The notes beneath the pieces are model-generated. The model did no database searches and was not told the DNA's origin. It saw nothing but the letters and a program-made list of their open reading frames with translations. From contig JBBQNN010000001.1 of NCBI GenBank assembly GCA_038329965.1, positions 3,510 through 67,509 on the forward strand: a stretch of 64,000 nucleotides of DNA. The letters are read 5' to 3'. The DNA is from Mycobacteriales bacterium. Its GTDB lineage: Bacteria > Actinomycetota > Actinomycetes > Mycobacteriales > QHCA01. Shown here in pieces: positions 22,472 to 33,180 of the stretch. Each line of letters starts with the position of its first letter. The first letter of the stretch is position 1. The translations under genes were made by a program, and so were the position numbers.

Positions 22472-23554
22472 TCAGAACACGACGAGGGCCCGGGCACCGC
22501 GCCCTTCGGCCATGTCGTCCAAAGCGGACTCCACTTCGTCGAGCCGGATCCGCCGGGTCACCAGCGCCGCCAGGTCCAGCGCACCGCTCCTGACCTGCTC
22601 GATCAGGCGCGGGACGTCGCGGTCGGGGTCGGTCGAGCCGTAGACGCAACCCGACAGCGTACGGCCGAAATGGAACAGCTCCAGGGCGCTCCAGGTGACC
22701 GTGTCGGCGCGACCGCCGATGCCCACCACGACCGTGTGCCCTCCGCGCCGGGTGAGCGACCAGGCCGACCGGATCGTCGTCGCCCGGCCCACGCACTCGA
22801 CCGCCACGTCCACACCCCGGCCGCCGGTCAGCCCGCGCACCTCGGCCGCCAGCCCGTCACCCGGCGCCCAGGCCGCGTCGGCGCCGAGGCGCACCGCCAG
22901 CGCCCGCTTGTCCGCATCCGGGTCGACGGCGAGCAGCGGGGACGCCCCGGCGATTCGCGCACCCTGTACGGCGGCCAGCCCGACCCCGCCCAGGCCCATG
23001 ACCAGCACCGAGTCGCCGCGGCGGACCGTGGCGGTGTTGTGGACGGCGCCGAAGCCGGTCAGGACGGCACAGCCCAGGAGGGCGGCGGTGTCCAGCGGCA
23101 GGTCGGGCGGCAGGGGCAGCACGGCCCGGGCCGGCACCACCGTCTCGGCGCCGAAGGATGCGGTGCCCAGCCCCGGGTAGACCGCAGCGTCGTCGAGCGT
23201 GGCGTACGGCTGGTCCGCCGCGTCCAGCGCCCGCTCGCACAGCCAGGGCTCGCCGGCCCGGCAGAACCAGCAGCCCCGGCACGGCGGTGCCCAGACGAGC
23301 ATCACCTGATCACCGGCGGACAGACCGGTGACCTCGGCGCCCACGTCCGCTACCACCCCGGCACCCTCGTGGCCGAGGACCGCCGGCACCCGCTGGCGCA
23401 GCACGCCGCGGGCCAGGGACAGGTCGGAGTGGCAGACACCTGCCGCGGCCATCCGCACCCGGACGTCGGTGGGCCCCAGCGGCCGCAGCTCGACCTCGGT
23501 GACAGCCATCGGCGTACCGACCTCTGCCAGCAACAGCGCGGCGACCACGTGCAC
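22472..23554 (-). CDS. Zinc-dependent alcohol dehydrogenase (MDR family)
   Basis: AAAGVCHSD, GHEGAGVV, the structural-Zn Cys cluster CRGCWFCRAGEPWLC, and GLGGVGLAAVQ. Confidence 0.9.
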   Translation of the reverse strand: MHVVAALLLAEVGTPMAVTEVELRPLGPTDVRVRMAAAGVCHSDLSLARGVLRQRVPAVLGHEGAGVVADVGAEVTGLSAGDQVMLVWAPPCRGCWFCRAGEPWLCERALDAADQPYATLDDAAVYPGLGTASFGAETVVPARAVLPLPPDLPLDTAALLGCAVLTGFGAVHNTATVRRGDSVLVMGLGGVGLAAVQGARIAGASPLLAVDPDADKRALAVRLGADAAWAPGDGLAAEVRGLTGGRGVDVAVECVGRATTIRSAWSLTRRGGHTVVVGIGGRADTVTWSALELFHFGRTLSGCVYGSTDPDRDVPRLIEQVRSGALDLAALVTRRIRLDEVESALDDMAEGRGARALVVF

Positions 23555-23616
23555 CTCCGGGCGTCGATGGCTTGTGAGCAGGGCAGTGGTGAGAATGCCG
23601 TCGCCAACCTAACGTC

Positions 23617-24387
23617 GTGGGCATGTCCGTCGACCGGGTGACCCGCTGGCTGGCCGAAGCCGACCGTGTCACGGTGCTGTGCGGCGCCGGCATCAGCACC
23701 GACTCCGGCATCCCGGACTTCCGCGGGCCCAACGGTGTGTGGACCCGTAACCCCGCCGCCCAGCGGATGTCCACGCTGCAGGACTACGTCGCCGACCCCG
23801 AGGTGCGGCGCCAGGCGTGGCGCAACCGGCGAGATCACCCGGCCTGGTCGGCGCAGCCCAATGCCGCCCACCGTGCCCTGGTGGACCTGGAGCGGTCCGG
23901 TCGGCTCGTGGCGATCGTCACGCAGAACATCGACGAGCTGCAGCAGCAGGCGGGCAGCTCCGCAGACCTGGTCGTCGAAGTGCACGGGACCATGCGGGCG
24001 GTGCAGTGCCTATCCTGCGGCGACCGCACGCCCATGCCCGACGTACTCGCCCGGGTCGACGCCGGCGAGGACGACCCGCCGTGCCTGCGCTGCGGCGGGG
24101 TGTTGAAGTCTGCGACGATCTCTTTCGGCCAGGCTCTGGTGCCCGCGGTCCTCGCCGCCGCGCTGGCCGCCGCGCAGGACTGCAGGCTCTTCCTGGCAGT
24201 CGGCAGCTCGCTGTCGGTGCAGCCGGCCGCGGGCCTGACCGAGGTCGCCCACCGGTACGGTGCCCGGGTGGTGATCATCAACGCCGAGCCGACGCCGTAC
24301 GACGGTCTCGCCGACGCGGTGCTCCGCGAACCGATCGGTATCGTGTTGCCCCGCCTCGTCCATGGCGCGCTGAACGCCACGGGCTGA
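23617..24387 (+). CDS. NAD-dependent protein deacylase (Sir2/CobB family)
   Basis: GAGISTDSGIPDFRG, TQNIDELQ, HG, and a Zn ribbon CLSCG...CLRCGG. Confidence 0.9.
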   Translation: MGMSVDRVTRWLAEADRVTVLCGAGISTDSGIPDFRGPNGVWTRNPAAQRMSTLQDYVADPEVRRQAWRNRRDHPAWSAQPNAAHRALVDLERSGRLVAIVTQNIDELQQQAGSSADLVVEVHGTMRAVQCLSCGDRTPMPDVLARVDAGEDDPPCLRCGGVLKSATISFGQALVPAVLAAALAAAQDCRLFLAVGSSLSVQPAAGLTEVAHRYGARVVIINAEPTPYDGLADAVLREPIGIVLPRLVHGALNATG

Positions 24388-24427
24388 CCGCCGTCGCGCC
24401 GCTCCCGTTCACCGAGAGGTCACCTCG

Positions 24428-25504
24428 TTGTCCCGTAGACTTCACCGTGTGGCGGTGCAGGCGGAACACAAGGACATCACCACGCCCGGCTCCGGTGAGC
24501 CTCCGCCGCCCCGCGGCCGGCGGCGCCGGCTCATCGCCGTCGCGGTCTACCTGGTCGCCGTTCTCGCGTACTGGAAGACGATCGGCCTGCCCACCGACCC
24601 GGTCCTGATCTTCCTGTTCCTCTGGGTCGCGATCGGTGCCTGGAACGCCGCCGCGCCCTGGCGTGAACACCTGCGTTTCGTCCGCGACTGGGCGCCGCTG
24701 ATCGTGGTCCTCGTGGCCTACAACTTCAGCCGAGGGGCGGCCGACAACCTGGGCGTCCCACTGCACGTCACCCAGCCGATCCACGCCGACATCTGGCTGG
24801 CCGGCTGGGCCACCGGCGGCAAGATCCCCACCGTGTGGCTCCAGGAGCACTTCTACACGCCGGGTCACGTGCACTGGTACGACGTCCTCGGCGGGTTCGT
24901 GTACTTCTCGCACTTCGTCACGGCCATGATCGTCGCGGCGGTGCTGTGGGTGCGCAGCCGGCCGGTCTGGGCGGCCTTCATGCGCCGGTTCATCGCGCTG
25001 GACGCGATCGGCCTGGCGATCTACGTCATTTACCCGATGGCGCCGCCGTGGTGGGCCTCCGAGCACGGATACATCGCCGCCACGCACACCAACCCCGGCT
25101 GCGACCTGCCGGTCACGCTCTCCGCCGTGCCGCGCGTCACCAACTGCGGCTGGGACGCCATCGGGCTGCATTCGGCCGGCCGGCTGGTCACCAAGGGCCA
25201 GGGCGTGGTCAACCCGGTGGCCGCCATGCCGTCGCTTCACTCGGCCTTCGCGCTGTTCGTGGTGCTGTTCTTCATCCTGCGGATCCGCAAGCTGTGGACC
25301 CTGCTCCTGCTGGCTTACCCGCTGGCCATGGGGCTGGTCCTGATGTACTTCTCCGAGCACTACCTGATCGACATCCTGGCCGGTTGGGCGGTCGCGATCG
25401 CGGCCTTGGTGATGGTCGAGCTGGCCGAGCGATGGTGGGCCGGGCGCGGCAGGGTCGCCGATTCGCCGCCTGAACTACGTGCCGAGGTCGCGAGTCCCGT
25501 CTAA
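24428..25504 (+). CDS. PAP2-superfamily membrane protein (phosphatase or inositol-phosphotransferase-like)
   Basis: Multi-TM protein with PSLHSAF and SEHYLIDILAG PAP2-type motifs. TTG start after GAGAGG. Confidence 0.75.
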   Translation: MSRRLHRVAVQAEHKDITTPGSGEPPPPRGRRRRLIAVAVYLVAVLAYWKTIGLPTDPVLIFLFLWVAIGAWNAAAPWREHLRFVRDWAPLIVVLVAYNFSRGAADNLGVPLHVTQPIHADIWLAGWATGGKIPTVWLQEHFYTPGHVHWYDVLGGFVYFSHFVTAMIVAAVLWVRSRPVWAAFMRRFIALDAIGLAIYVIYPMAPPWWASEHGYIAATHTNPGCDLPVTLSAVPRVTNCGWDAIGLHSAGRLVTKGQGVVNPVAAMPSLHSAFALFVVLFFILRIRKLWTLLLLAYPLAMGLVLMYFSEHYLIDILAGWAVAIAALVMVELAERWWAGRGRVADSPPELRAEVASPV

Positions 25505-25545
25505 CGTCAGTCATCCGGATCGACGGCGCACTCCGGAGGGATTCG

Positions 25546-27085
<1,540 letters not shown>

Positions 27086-27152
27086 CTGTCCTTTCGCTCC
27101 GCTCCTCGCTGCGCTCTCAACTGACACCTCCTCGTGGCCGGTGACGACGGCA

Positions 27153-27170
27153 GGCCCCGACCGCGGGGCC
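27153..27170 (+). terminator. Candidate terminator hairpin after the acyl-CoA synthetase
   Basis: GGCCCCG-accg-CGGGGCC (7 bp), 68 nt after the stop. No U-tract. Confidence 0.3.
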
Positions 27171-27340
27171 GCCCGGCGGCGCGCATATCGGCGTGCCATT
27201 CGGCGACCTGAATTCACGACACGCCGGGGGTTCAATAGCGGCGTCCCCCGACAATGCGCGGTCTTCGTGTTGCATACATGCTGGTGTGATTTGCTATAGG
27301 GGCGGCGGCTATGACGGCCACCGCAAATGGAGGTGGCTTT

Positions 27341-28576
27341 GTGATTCGGTCTGGCGAACGACGGCGTTCTTCAGCCCGGAGGGGCCGGCTGATAGCCGCC
27401 CTCGTCATCGGCCTTTGCGGTGCCGTGCTTATCGCACCGTCCGCCGTCGCCGATCCGCGCAATCCCACCGACGCCGAAATTGCGCAGAGCAAGCAGGCGG
27501 TCAGTGACCGGGCCGCCGAGGTGGGCCGGATCACCGCCGCCCTGGTCAGGGCCCAGGCCAACGTCGCCTCGGCCGCGCAGCGTGCCGAGGTCGCCGCCGA
27601 GAAGTACAACAAGGCTCGGGTCGACGAGCAGATCGCGACGGTCAGCGCCACTGCCGCGGCCAAGGAGGCCACCGCCGCGCAGGCCCAGCTACAGGAGATG
27701 ACCGCCCGCCTGGACAAGGTCGCCGCGAGCAACTACAAGTCCGCCGGCGGCCTCGGGCCGCTGACCGCGGTGGTGACCGCCGACGATCCCGCCGACGTCC
27801 TGCATGACGCCGGCCTGCTGGCCGTGATGGGCAACCGGCAGGTCGACGGCCTGAAGGAGTTGGACAGGGCGCGCACCCGCCGGGCCAACGCCCTGTCCAC
27901 CGCCCGGGCGGCCCTGCTCAAGCAGGCTGCGGCCCGCCGCGCCGCCGAGTCCGCCAAGCACGCCGCCGAGCGGGCGCAGGCCGACAGCCAGCGGATCGCC
28001 GCGCAGTATACGGCGCAACAGGCCGACCTGCAGACCAAGCTGGCCGCGGCGCAGGCGCACGCCGGCCTGCTGGTCGCCGCCCGCAAGGCCGCCGTCGCGC
28101 GGGCCAGGGCCGCTGCCGCCGCCCGCGCCGCCGCCGCCCGCGCCGCCGCGTCGGCCCGCCGGAGTGGGGGTGGCCCTCGGGGCGGCTCGGGCCACCATGT
28201 GCCCGGTGGCAGCCTGGCCGCCATTGCGGTCAACGCCGCCCTGTCGCAGCTCGGCAAGCCCTACGTGTGGGGTGCGGCCGGCCCCAATTCCTATGACTGT
28301 TCCGGCCTGATGCTGTGGTCATATGCGCACGCCGGCATCTATCTGCCGCACTTCAGCGGCTATCAATACCAGTCCGGCCGGCACATTCCGCTGGGTGCCC
28401 TGATTCCCGGCGACATGGTGTTCTACTCCTTCAACGGCTCGCCGAGCGGCATCCACCATGTCGCGATGTACATCGGCGGCGGCTCCATCGTCGAGGCGCC
28501 CACCCAGGGCATTCCCGTACACGTCCGGAGCATGTACTACAGCGGAATCCTGCCTTTGGGCACCCGGCCGTACTGA
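27341..28576 (+). CDS. Secreted NlpC/P60 (C40) peptidoglycan endopeptidase with a long N-terminal coiled coil (RipA-like)
   Basis: GTG 27341 follows GGAGGTG and gives a signal peptide. About 230 aa are Ala/Gln-rich coiled coil. The C-terminal domain has YVWGAAGPNSYDCSGL...HHVAMYIG. Confidence 0.88.
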   Translation: MIRSGERRRSSARRGRLIAALVIGLCGAVLIAPSAVADPRNPTDAEIAQSKQAVSDRAAEVGRITAALVRAQANVASAAQRAEVAAEKYNKARVDEQIATVSATAAAKEATAAQAQLQEMTARLDKVAASNYKSAGGLGPLTAVVTADDPADVLHDAGLLAVMGNRQVDGLKELDRARTRRANALSTARAALLKQAAARRAAESAKHAAERAQADSQRIAAQYTAQQADLQTKLAAAQAHAGLLVAARKAAVARARAAAAARAAAARAAASARRSGGGPRGGSGHHVPGGSLAAIAVNAALSQLGKPYVWGAAGPNSYDCSGLMLWSYAHAGIYLPHFSGYQYQSGRHIPLGALIPGDMVFYSFNGSPSGIHHVAMYIGGGSIVEAPTQGIPVHVRSMYYSGILPLGTRPY

Positions 28577-29902
28577 TCAGGTGCCTGGCACAGGGCGGCG
28601 GCGTACGCGCTCTGCGCGGGCGAGGTCGCTGAGCTCTTCGACCAGGCCGCGTACCTCGTCGCGGTCGCGGTGGGCGGCCTCGGTCGACAGGTGCCGTCCT
28701 GCCGTGTCGATGTGAACCGATGCCAGGCGCTGCCAGCGCTGCAGCGGGCCCTGCACGACGCGGACGCTCTGGACCTTGGCGAGCGGGACGATGTCGAGGA
28801 CCCGGCGCAGGCGTCCGCGCGAGACGACGAGCACGTGGGGGGTGAGGGCCAGCCCCAGTTGGCGCCACTGCAGCGGATCGCACCAGGCCGCCCGCGGAGG
28901 AACCGGTCGCCGCGGCAACCTGGTGAGATCGACTCCACCGAGGACCAGGTCGACGAGATGCTCACAGATCGCCCGAGGGGCCACCGGGAGCAGCGCCCTG
29001 GTGGCCAGCTGCTCGCCCTCGTCACCGCCGTAGCCGGCCACGTCGATCTCCAGACGGGCCCAGTCACGGCGGCGCCACAGGATCGGCTGCACCAGCCGGA
29101 GGGCCTGCACCCGGCCGGGCGGCACGGTCTGCAGCCGGGTCTCCAGCAGCCCGTGCCGCAGCCGCAGGCCGTCGGCGGAGGTCGCCAGGGTGAACCCGTA
29201 CTCCACCAGCACGCGTTGCACGGTGGTGCGGAAGATGCCGAACGCGACCGGGGCGAGTGCCGGCAGTGTGGCGAAGAACGCCTGCACGTTGACGATCAGG
29301 AGGCCAACCGTCACGGCGACCAGAACCGGCAGGCCGACGACCACCTGGCCGAGCAGGAGCACCGACACGATCAGGTCACGGGTGGGTACCCGGGCCAGGA
29401 CGGTCTCCTCCGGGGCCGGCGCGTGCTCGTCGACACCCGCCGCGAGGGCGAGCAGCCGGTCCCGCAGCCGTTGCGCCTGCTCGTCGCCGAGGTAGGCCAG
29501 GGGTGCCTCGGTCGCCCCTTGCCCGACCACCTCCAGCCGGAGCTCGGCCAGCCCCAGGGCGCGGCCGATGAGCGGCCGCACGATATCGACCGCCTGCACC
29601 CGCTCGAGCGGCACCCGGCGCGAGCGGCGGAACAGCACCCCGGACTCCACGTGCAACTCGCGGCCCTCGATCCGGTACCAGGTGAAGCGCCACGACAGGT
29701 AGGCGAGGACGAAGCCGGCCACGACGACCACGGGCAGGAACTCCAGCGTCCGTTGCACGCCCAGCTGGCCGACCTCGCGTACGGACACGACGGCGACGAT
29801 GGCGCCGAAGTACTTGAATCCCCGCAGGACGGGGGTCAGCGGGTGCAGCCGGTACAGCGGTTGCGCCGCCGGCTCTGTGATTTTCGGGTGCTCGGTGGTC
29901 AC
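28577..29902 (-). CDS. Membrane protein with repeated bacterial PH (bPH_2, YdbT-like) domains
   Basis: Three repeats of a TM hairpin plus the PH-like motif (RVPLERVQAVD, QTVPPGRVQALR, IVPLAKVQSVR). Its stop abuts the stop of the convergent NlpC/P60 gene with zero gap. Confidence 0.8.
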   Translation of the reverse strand: MTTEHPKITEPAAQPLYRLHPLTPVLRGFKYFGAIVAVVSVREVGQLGVQRTLEFLPVVVVAGFVLAYLSWRFTWYRIEGRELHVESGVLFRRSRRVPLERVQAVDIVRPLIGRALGLAELRLEVVGQGATEAPLAYLGDEQAQRLRDRLLALAAGVDEHAPAPEETVLARVPTRDLIVSVLLLGQVVVGLPVLVAVTVGLLIVNVQAFFATLPALAPVAFGIFRTTVQRVLVEYGFTLATSADGLRLRHGLLETRLQTVPPGRVQALRLVQPILWRRRDWARLEIDVAGYGGDEGEQLATRALLPVAPRAICEHLVDLVLGGVDLTRLPRRPVPPRAAWCDPLQWRQLGLALTPHVLVVSRGRLRRVLDIVPLAKVQSVRVVQGPLQRWQRLASVHIDTAGRHLSTEAAHRDRDEVRGLVEELSDLARAERVRRRPVPGT

Positions 29903-29912
29903 GGGATCGCGA

Positions 29913-30398
29913 TCACAGACCCGCCGCGCGCGCCTCGCCGAGCGCGGCGAGGCGGTCGCGCAGGCGCGCAGCCTCGCCCGAGGGTAGGCCGGGGACCCGC
30001 GCGTCGCTCGCCGCGGCAGCTGTGTGCAGGTGGACCGTGGCGATCGCCAGGCGCCGGTCGATCGGGCCCGCGGTGACGTCGATGAACTGCATCCGGCCGT
30101 ACGGAACGACGGACAGCCGCTGTACGAGCAGGCCGTGCCGGACGAGGAGGTCGTCCACCCGCTCGGCGTACCCCCACGAGCGGCAGGTCCGGCCGATCCA
30201 CCACCACAGCCAGCCGGTCAACGCCGCGAACACGACGGCCAAGGCCACCGCCGCGGGCACCGACGCGAAGGCGAGCCCGGCGCAGCCGGCGAGAGCGACG
30301 GGCACGAGGACGACCAGGGCAAGGGCGCGCCGCACGGTGATCAGCCGGGGTGACACCCTGCGCCAGGCGACATCGGCCGGAAACAGCGCAGGATCCAT
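29913..30398 (-). CDS. YdbS-like bPH_2 domain membrane protein
   Basis: Two TM segments followed by SVVPYGRMQFIDVTAGPIDRRLAIATV. It lies 10 nt upstream of the YdbT-like gene. Confidence 0.8.
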   Translation of the reverse strand: MDPALFPADVAWRRVSPRLITVRRALALVVLVPVALAGCAGLAFASVPAAVALAVVFAALTGWLWWWIGRTCRSWGYAERVDDLLVRHGLLVQRLSVVPYGRMQFIDVTAGPIDRRLAIATVHLHTAAAASDARVPGLPSGEAARLRDRLAALGEARAAGL

Positions 30399-30462
30399 CG
30401 GACCACCCTAGGGGTCAGCCGGCTGTCATCTCGCCCCGCTCCCGCTCGACTAGCCTGGCAGC

Positions 30463-30813
30463 GTGCTGCCGATCGCCCAACGGATCGCGGTCGCCCTCAC
30501 GCTCGTGGCGGTCGTGGCGCTGGCGGGCGGGTGCGGGTCACTGGGCCGCTCCTTGTCCCACCGCGAGCTTGTGGTGATCTTCGTCACCGACCACACTGCG
30601 GCCGATGTCGCGCGGGTGCGGACCGCATGCGACGGCGTGGCCGGGGCCAAGGCGCTTCCCGCCGGCCCGGACAACGCGGTCGACCGGCGCTATCCCCTGC
30701 GGTTCGACATCACCGGGCTCGACCTCAAGCGCCGCTCCACGCTGGTCGGCTGCCTGTCGGGCGACCCCGCCGTACGCGGCTACACCGACTCGGAGTCCAC
30801 CTCGGGCAGCTGA
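30463..30813 (+). CDS. Small lipoprotein of unknown function
   Basis: Signal peptide ending in the lipobox LAGGC. GTG start. No recognisable domain. Confidence 0.6.
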   Translation: MLPIAQRIAVALTLVAVVALAGGCGSLGRSLSHRELVVIFVTDHTAADVARVRTACDGVAGAKALPAGPDNAVDRRYPLRFDITGLDLKRRSTLVGCLSGDPAVRGYTDSESTSGS

Positions 30814-30904
30814 GCGGTCATTCACCAGGTGACTACATACGGCGCTTCACAGCCGCCACACGGAACGGTGGGAGACACTTGTGATCAGTGAAGGGGGTGC
30901 GCCC

Positions 30905-31141
30905 ATGTCTGACCGTACATATGGCGTCACCGAGATCGTCGGCACCAGCACCGAAGGCATCGCCGAGGCGATCCGCAGCGGCGTGTCCCGGGCCAGCCGC
31001 ACGGTGCGCAACCTCGACTGGTTCGAGGCGACCCAGATCCGGGGACACATCGTCGACGGCCAGGTCGAGCACTTCCAGGTGACGATGAAGGTCGGATTCC
31101 GTATCGAGGACGCGAGTGATGACATGGCGGCCGCCGAGTGA
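30905..31141 (+). CDS. Dodecin (flavin-binding/storage) family protein
   Basis: MSDRTYGVTEIVGTS...LDWFE...IRGHIVDG.VEHFQVTMKVGFRIED is nearly colinear with Mtb dodecin Rv1498A. GGGGGTG RBS. Confidence 0.9.
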   Translation: MSDRTYGVTEIVGTSTEGIAEAIRSGVSRASRTVRNLDWFEATQIRGHIVDGQVEHFQVTMKVGFRIEDASDDMAAAE

Positions 31142-32241
31142 GCGAGACCTCGACCCCCGAGACGGTGTGGACGCCGGCCGGTGACGCCAGCCACCTCGAA
31201 CGCGCGCTGTTCGAGATCAAGCGGGTCATCGTCGGCCAGGACCGCATGGTCGAGCGGATGATCGTCTGCCTGCTCGCCCGCGGCCACTGCCTGATCGAGG
31301 GCGTCCCCGGCGTCGCCAAGACCCTCGCGGTGGAGACGCTGGCCACCGTCGTGGGCGGGTCGTTCGCCCGGCTGCAGTTCACCCCCGACCTGGTCCCGGC
31401 CGACATCGTCGGCACCCGCGTCTACCGGGCCTCGTCGGAGAACTTCGACGTCGAGCTGGGGCCGATCTTCGCCAACTTCGTCCTCGCCGACGAGATCAAC
31501 CGGGCGCCGGCCAAGGTGCAGTCGGCGCTGCTGGAGGTCATGGCCGAGCGGCACGTCTCGATCGGTGGCACCACTTACGCCGTACCCCTGCCGTTCCTGG
31601 TCCTCGCGACGCAGAACCCGATCGAGTCCGAGGGCGTCTACCCGCTGCCCGAGGCACAGCGCGACCGGTTCCTGATGAAGATCGTCGTGGGCTACCCGAC
31701 GGCCGAGGAAGAGCGCGAGATCGTCTACCGGATGGGCGTCGACCGGCCCACCGCCGAGCGGGTCCTCGCTCCCGACGACCTGCTCCGCCTGCAGGGCGCC
31801 GCCGACCGGGTCTTCGTCCATTCGGCTCTGGTCGACTACGCGGTACGGCTGGTGCTGACCACCCGCGACCCGCGCGCCTTCGGGCTGCCCGACCTGGCAC
31901 CGCTCGTCAGCTACGGCGCCAGCCCCCGGGCTTCGCTGGGGATCGTGGCGGCCGCCCGCGCACTGGCGCTCATGCGGGGGCGCGACTACGCGTTGCCCCA
32001 GGACATCACCGACGTGGCCCCCGACGTCCTCAAGCACCGGCTGGTGCTGTCCTACGACGCCCTCGCCGACGGCATCCCCGCCGAGCAGATCGCGCAGCGG
32101 GTTCTGGCCGCGGTGCCCGTGCCGCAGGTCAGCCCCCGGCAGAGCGCCGACCGCCGGGACCGCGGGACGCCCGGCCCCCGGCCGGTGCCCCTGCCGCAGC
32201 CGGGCCGGCCGGTCGACCGGCCGCACGAGCGGCCGGCCTGA
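31138..32241 (+). CDS. moxR: MoxR-family AAA+ ATPase
   Basis: GVPGVAKT (Walker A), LADEINRA (Walker B) and ATQNPIESEGVYPLPEAQRDRF. GTG 31138 overlaps the dodecin stop (GTGA). Confidence 0.93.
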   Translation: MSETSTPETVWTPAGDASHLERALFEIKRVIVGQDRMVERMIVCLLARGHCLIEGVPGVAKTLAVETLATVVGGSFARLQFTPDLVPADIVGTRVYRASSENFDVELGPIFANFVLADEINRAPAKVQSALLEVMAERHVSIGGTTYAVPLPFLVLATQNPIESEGVYPLPEAQRDRFLMKIVVGYPTAEEEREIVYRMGVDRPTAERVLAPDDLLRLQGAADRVFVHSALVDYAVRLVLTTRDPRAFGLPDLAPLVSYGASPRASLGIVAAARALALMRGRDYALPQDITDVAPDVLKHRLVLSYDALADGIPAEQIAQRVLAAVPVPQVSPRQSADRRDRGTPGPRPVPLPQPGRPVDRPHERPA

Positions 32242-32244
32242 CCG

Positions 32245-33180
32245 GTGGCCGCCCTGCCGTCCCACCCACCTCGACTCGACCTCGGCCCGGCCGAGGGCGT
32301 GCTGCGCCGGCTCGAGCTGACCATCACGCGCCGCCTCGACGGGCTGCTGCAGGGTGACCATCTGGGGCTGCTGCCGGGGCCGGGCAGCGAGGCGGGGGAG
32401 TCGCGGGAGTACCGGCCTGGCGACGACGTGCGCCGGATGGACTGGCCGGTGACGGCCCGTACGACGGTCCCGCACGTCCGGGAGACCGTGGCCGATCGGG
32501 AGCTCGAGACGTGGGTCCTCGTCGATCTGTCGGCCAGCCTCGACTTCGGCACCGCGCGGTGCGAGAAGCGCGACCTGGCCATCGCAGGGCTCGCCGCCGT
32601 GACCCACCTGACAGTGCGCGGCGGCAACCGCGTGGGGGCAGTCGTCGTCAACGGCGAGCAGGTGCTCAGGGTGCCCGCCAGGGGCGGGCGGGTCGCCGCG
32701 CAGGCGCTGATGCGCCAGGTCCTCCGGACGCCCCGGGCGGCGCCCGGCGAGCCGACCGATCTCGCCGCGGCGATCGGGCTGCTGTCCCGGCCGCCGCGGC
32801 GTCGCGGGCTGGCCGTCGTCGTCTCGGACTTCCTGTCCGACCCGGCCGCGTGGGAGCGACCGCTGAAGGCGCTGCGTACCCGTCAGGACGTGCTGGCCAT
32901 CGAGGTGCTCGATCCGCGCGAGCTCGAACTGCCCTCGGTCGGCGTGCTGACCGTGGTCGACCCCGAGACCGGCCAGATGCTGGAGGTGCAGACAGGCAAT
33001 CGAGCCGTACGAGATCGTTACGCCGTAGCTGCCCGGGAGCAGCGGACGGCCGTGGCGGCCGCCCTGCGCCGGGCCGGTTCCGGGCACCTGCAGCTGCGCA
33101 CCGATCGCGACTGGCTGCGTGACATCGTGCTGTTCGTCTCCGCTCGGCGGCGCGGCATGGCTCATGGGGCGGTGCGCTGA
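32245..33180 (+). CDS. DUF58 domain protein (MoxR-associated)
   Basis: EYRPGDDVRRMDW signature, positioned between moxR and the VWA gene as with Mtb Rv1480. Confidence 0.88.
   Translation: MAALPSHPPRLDLGPAEGVLRRLELTITRRLDGLLQGDHLGLLPGPGSEAGESREYRPGDDVRRMDWPVTARTTVPHVRETVADRELETWVLVDLSASLDFGTARCEKRDLAIAGLAAVTHLTVRGGNRVGAVVVNGEQVLRVPARGGRVAAQALMRQVLRTPRAAPGEPTDLAAAIGLLSRPPRRRGLAVVVSDFLSDPAAWERPLKALRTRQDVLAIEVLDPRELELPSVGVLTVVDPETGQMLEVQTGNRAVRDRYAVAAREQRTAVAAALRRAGSGHLQLRTDRDWLRDIVLFVSARRRGMAHGAVR

Noticed and set aside
27086-27340. Possible c-di-AMP (ydaO-type) riboswitch in the unusually long, less GC-rich leader of the NlpC/P60 hydrolase gene. Such riboswitches often precede cell-wall hydrolase genes in actinobacteria.
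   Set aside because: The conserved ydaO blocks as I remember them (..GGGGUGAAUC.. and ..CCGAAUCCGnCAGCUAACCUCGUAAGCG..) are absent. Only a local hairpin CGGGGG-N14-CCCCCG is present. A covariance-model scan (Rfam RF00379) would settle this.
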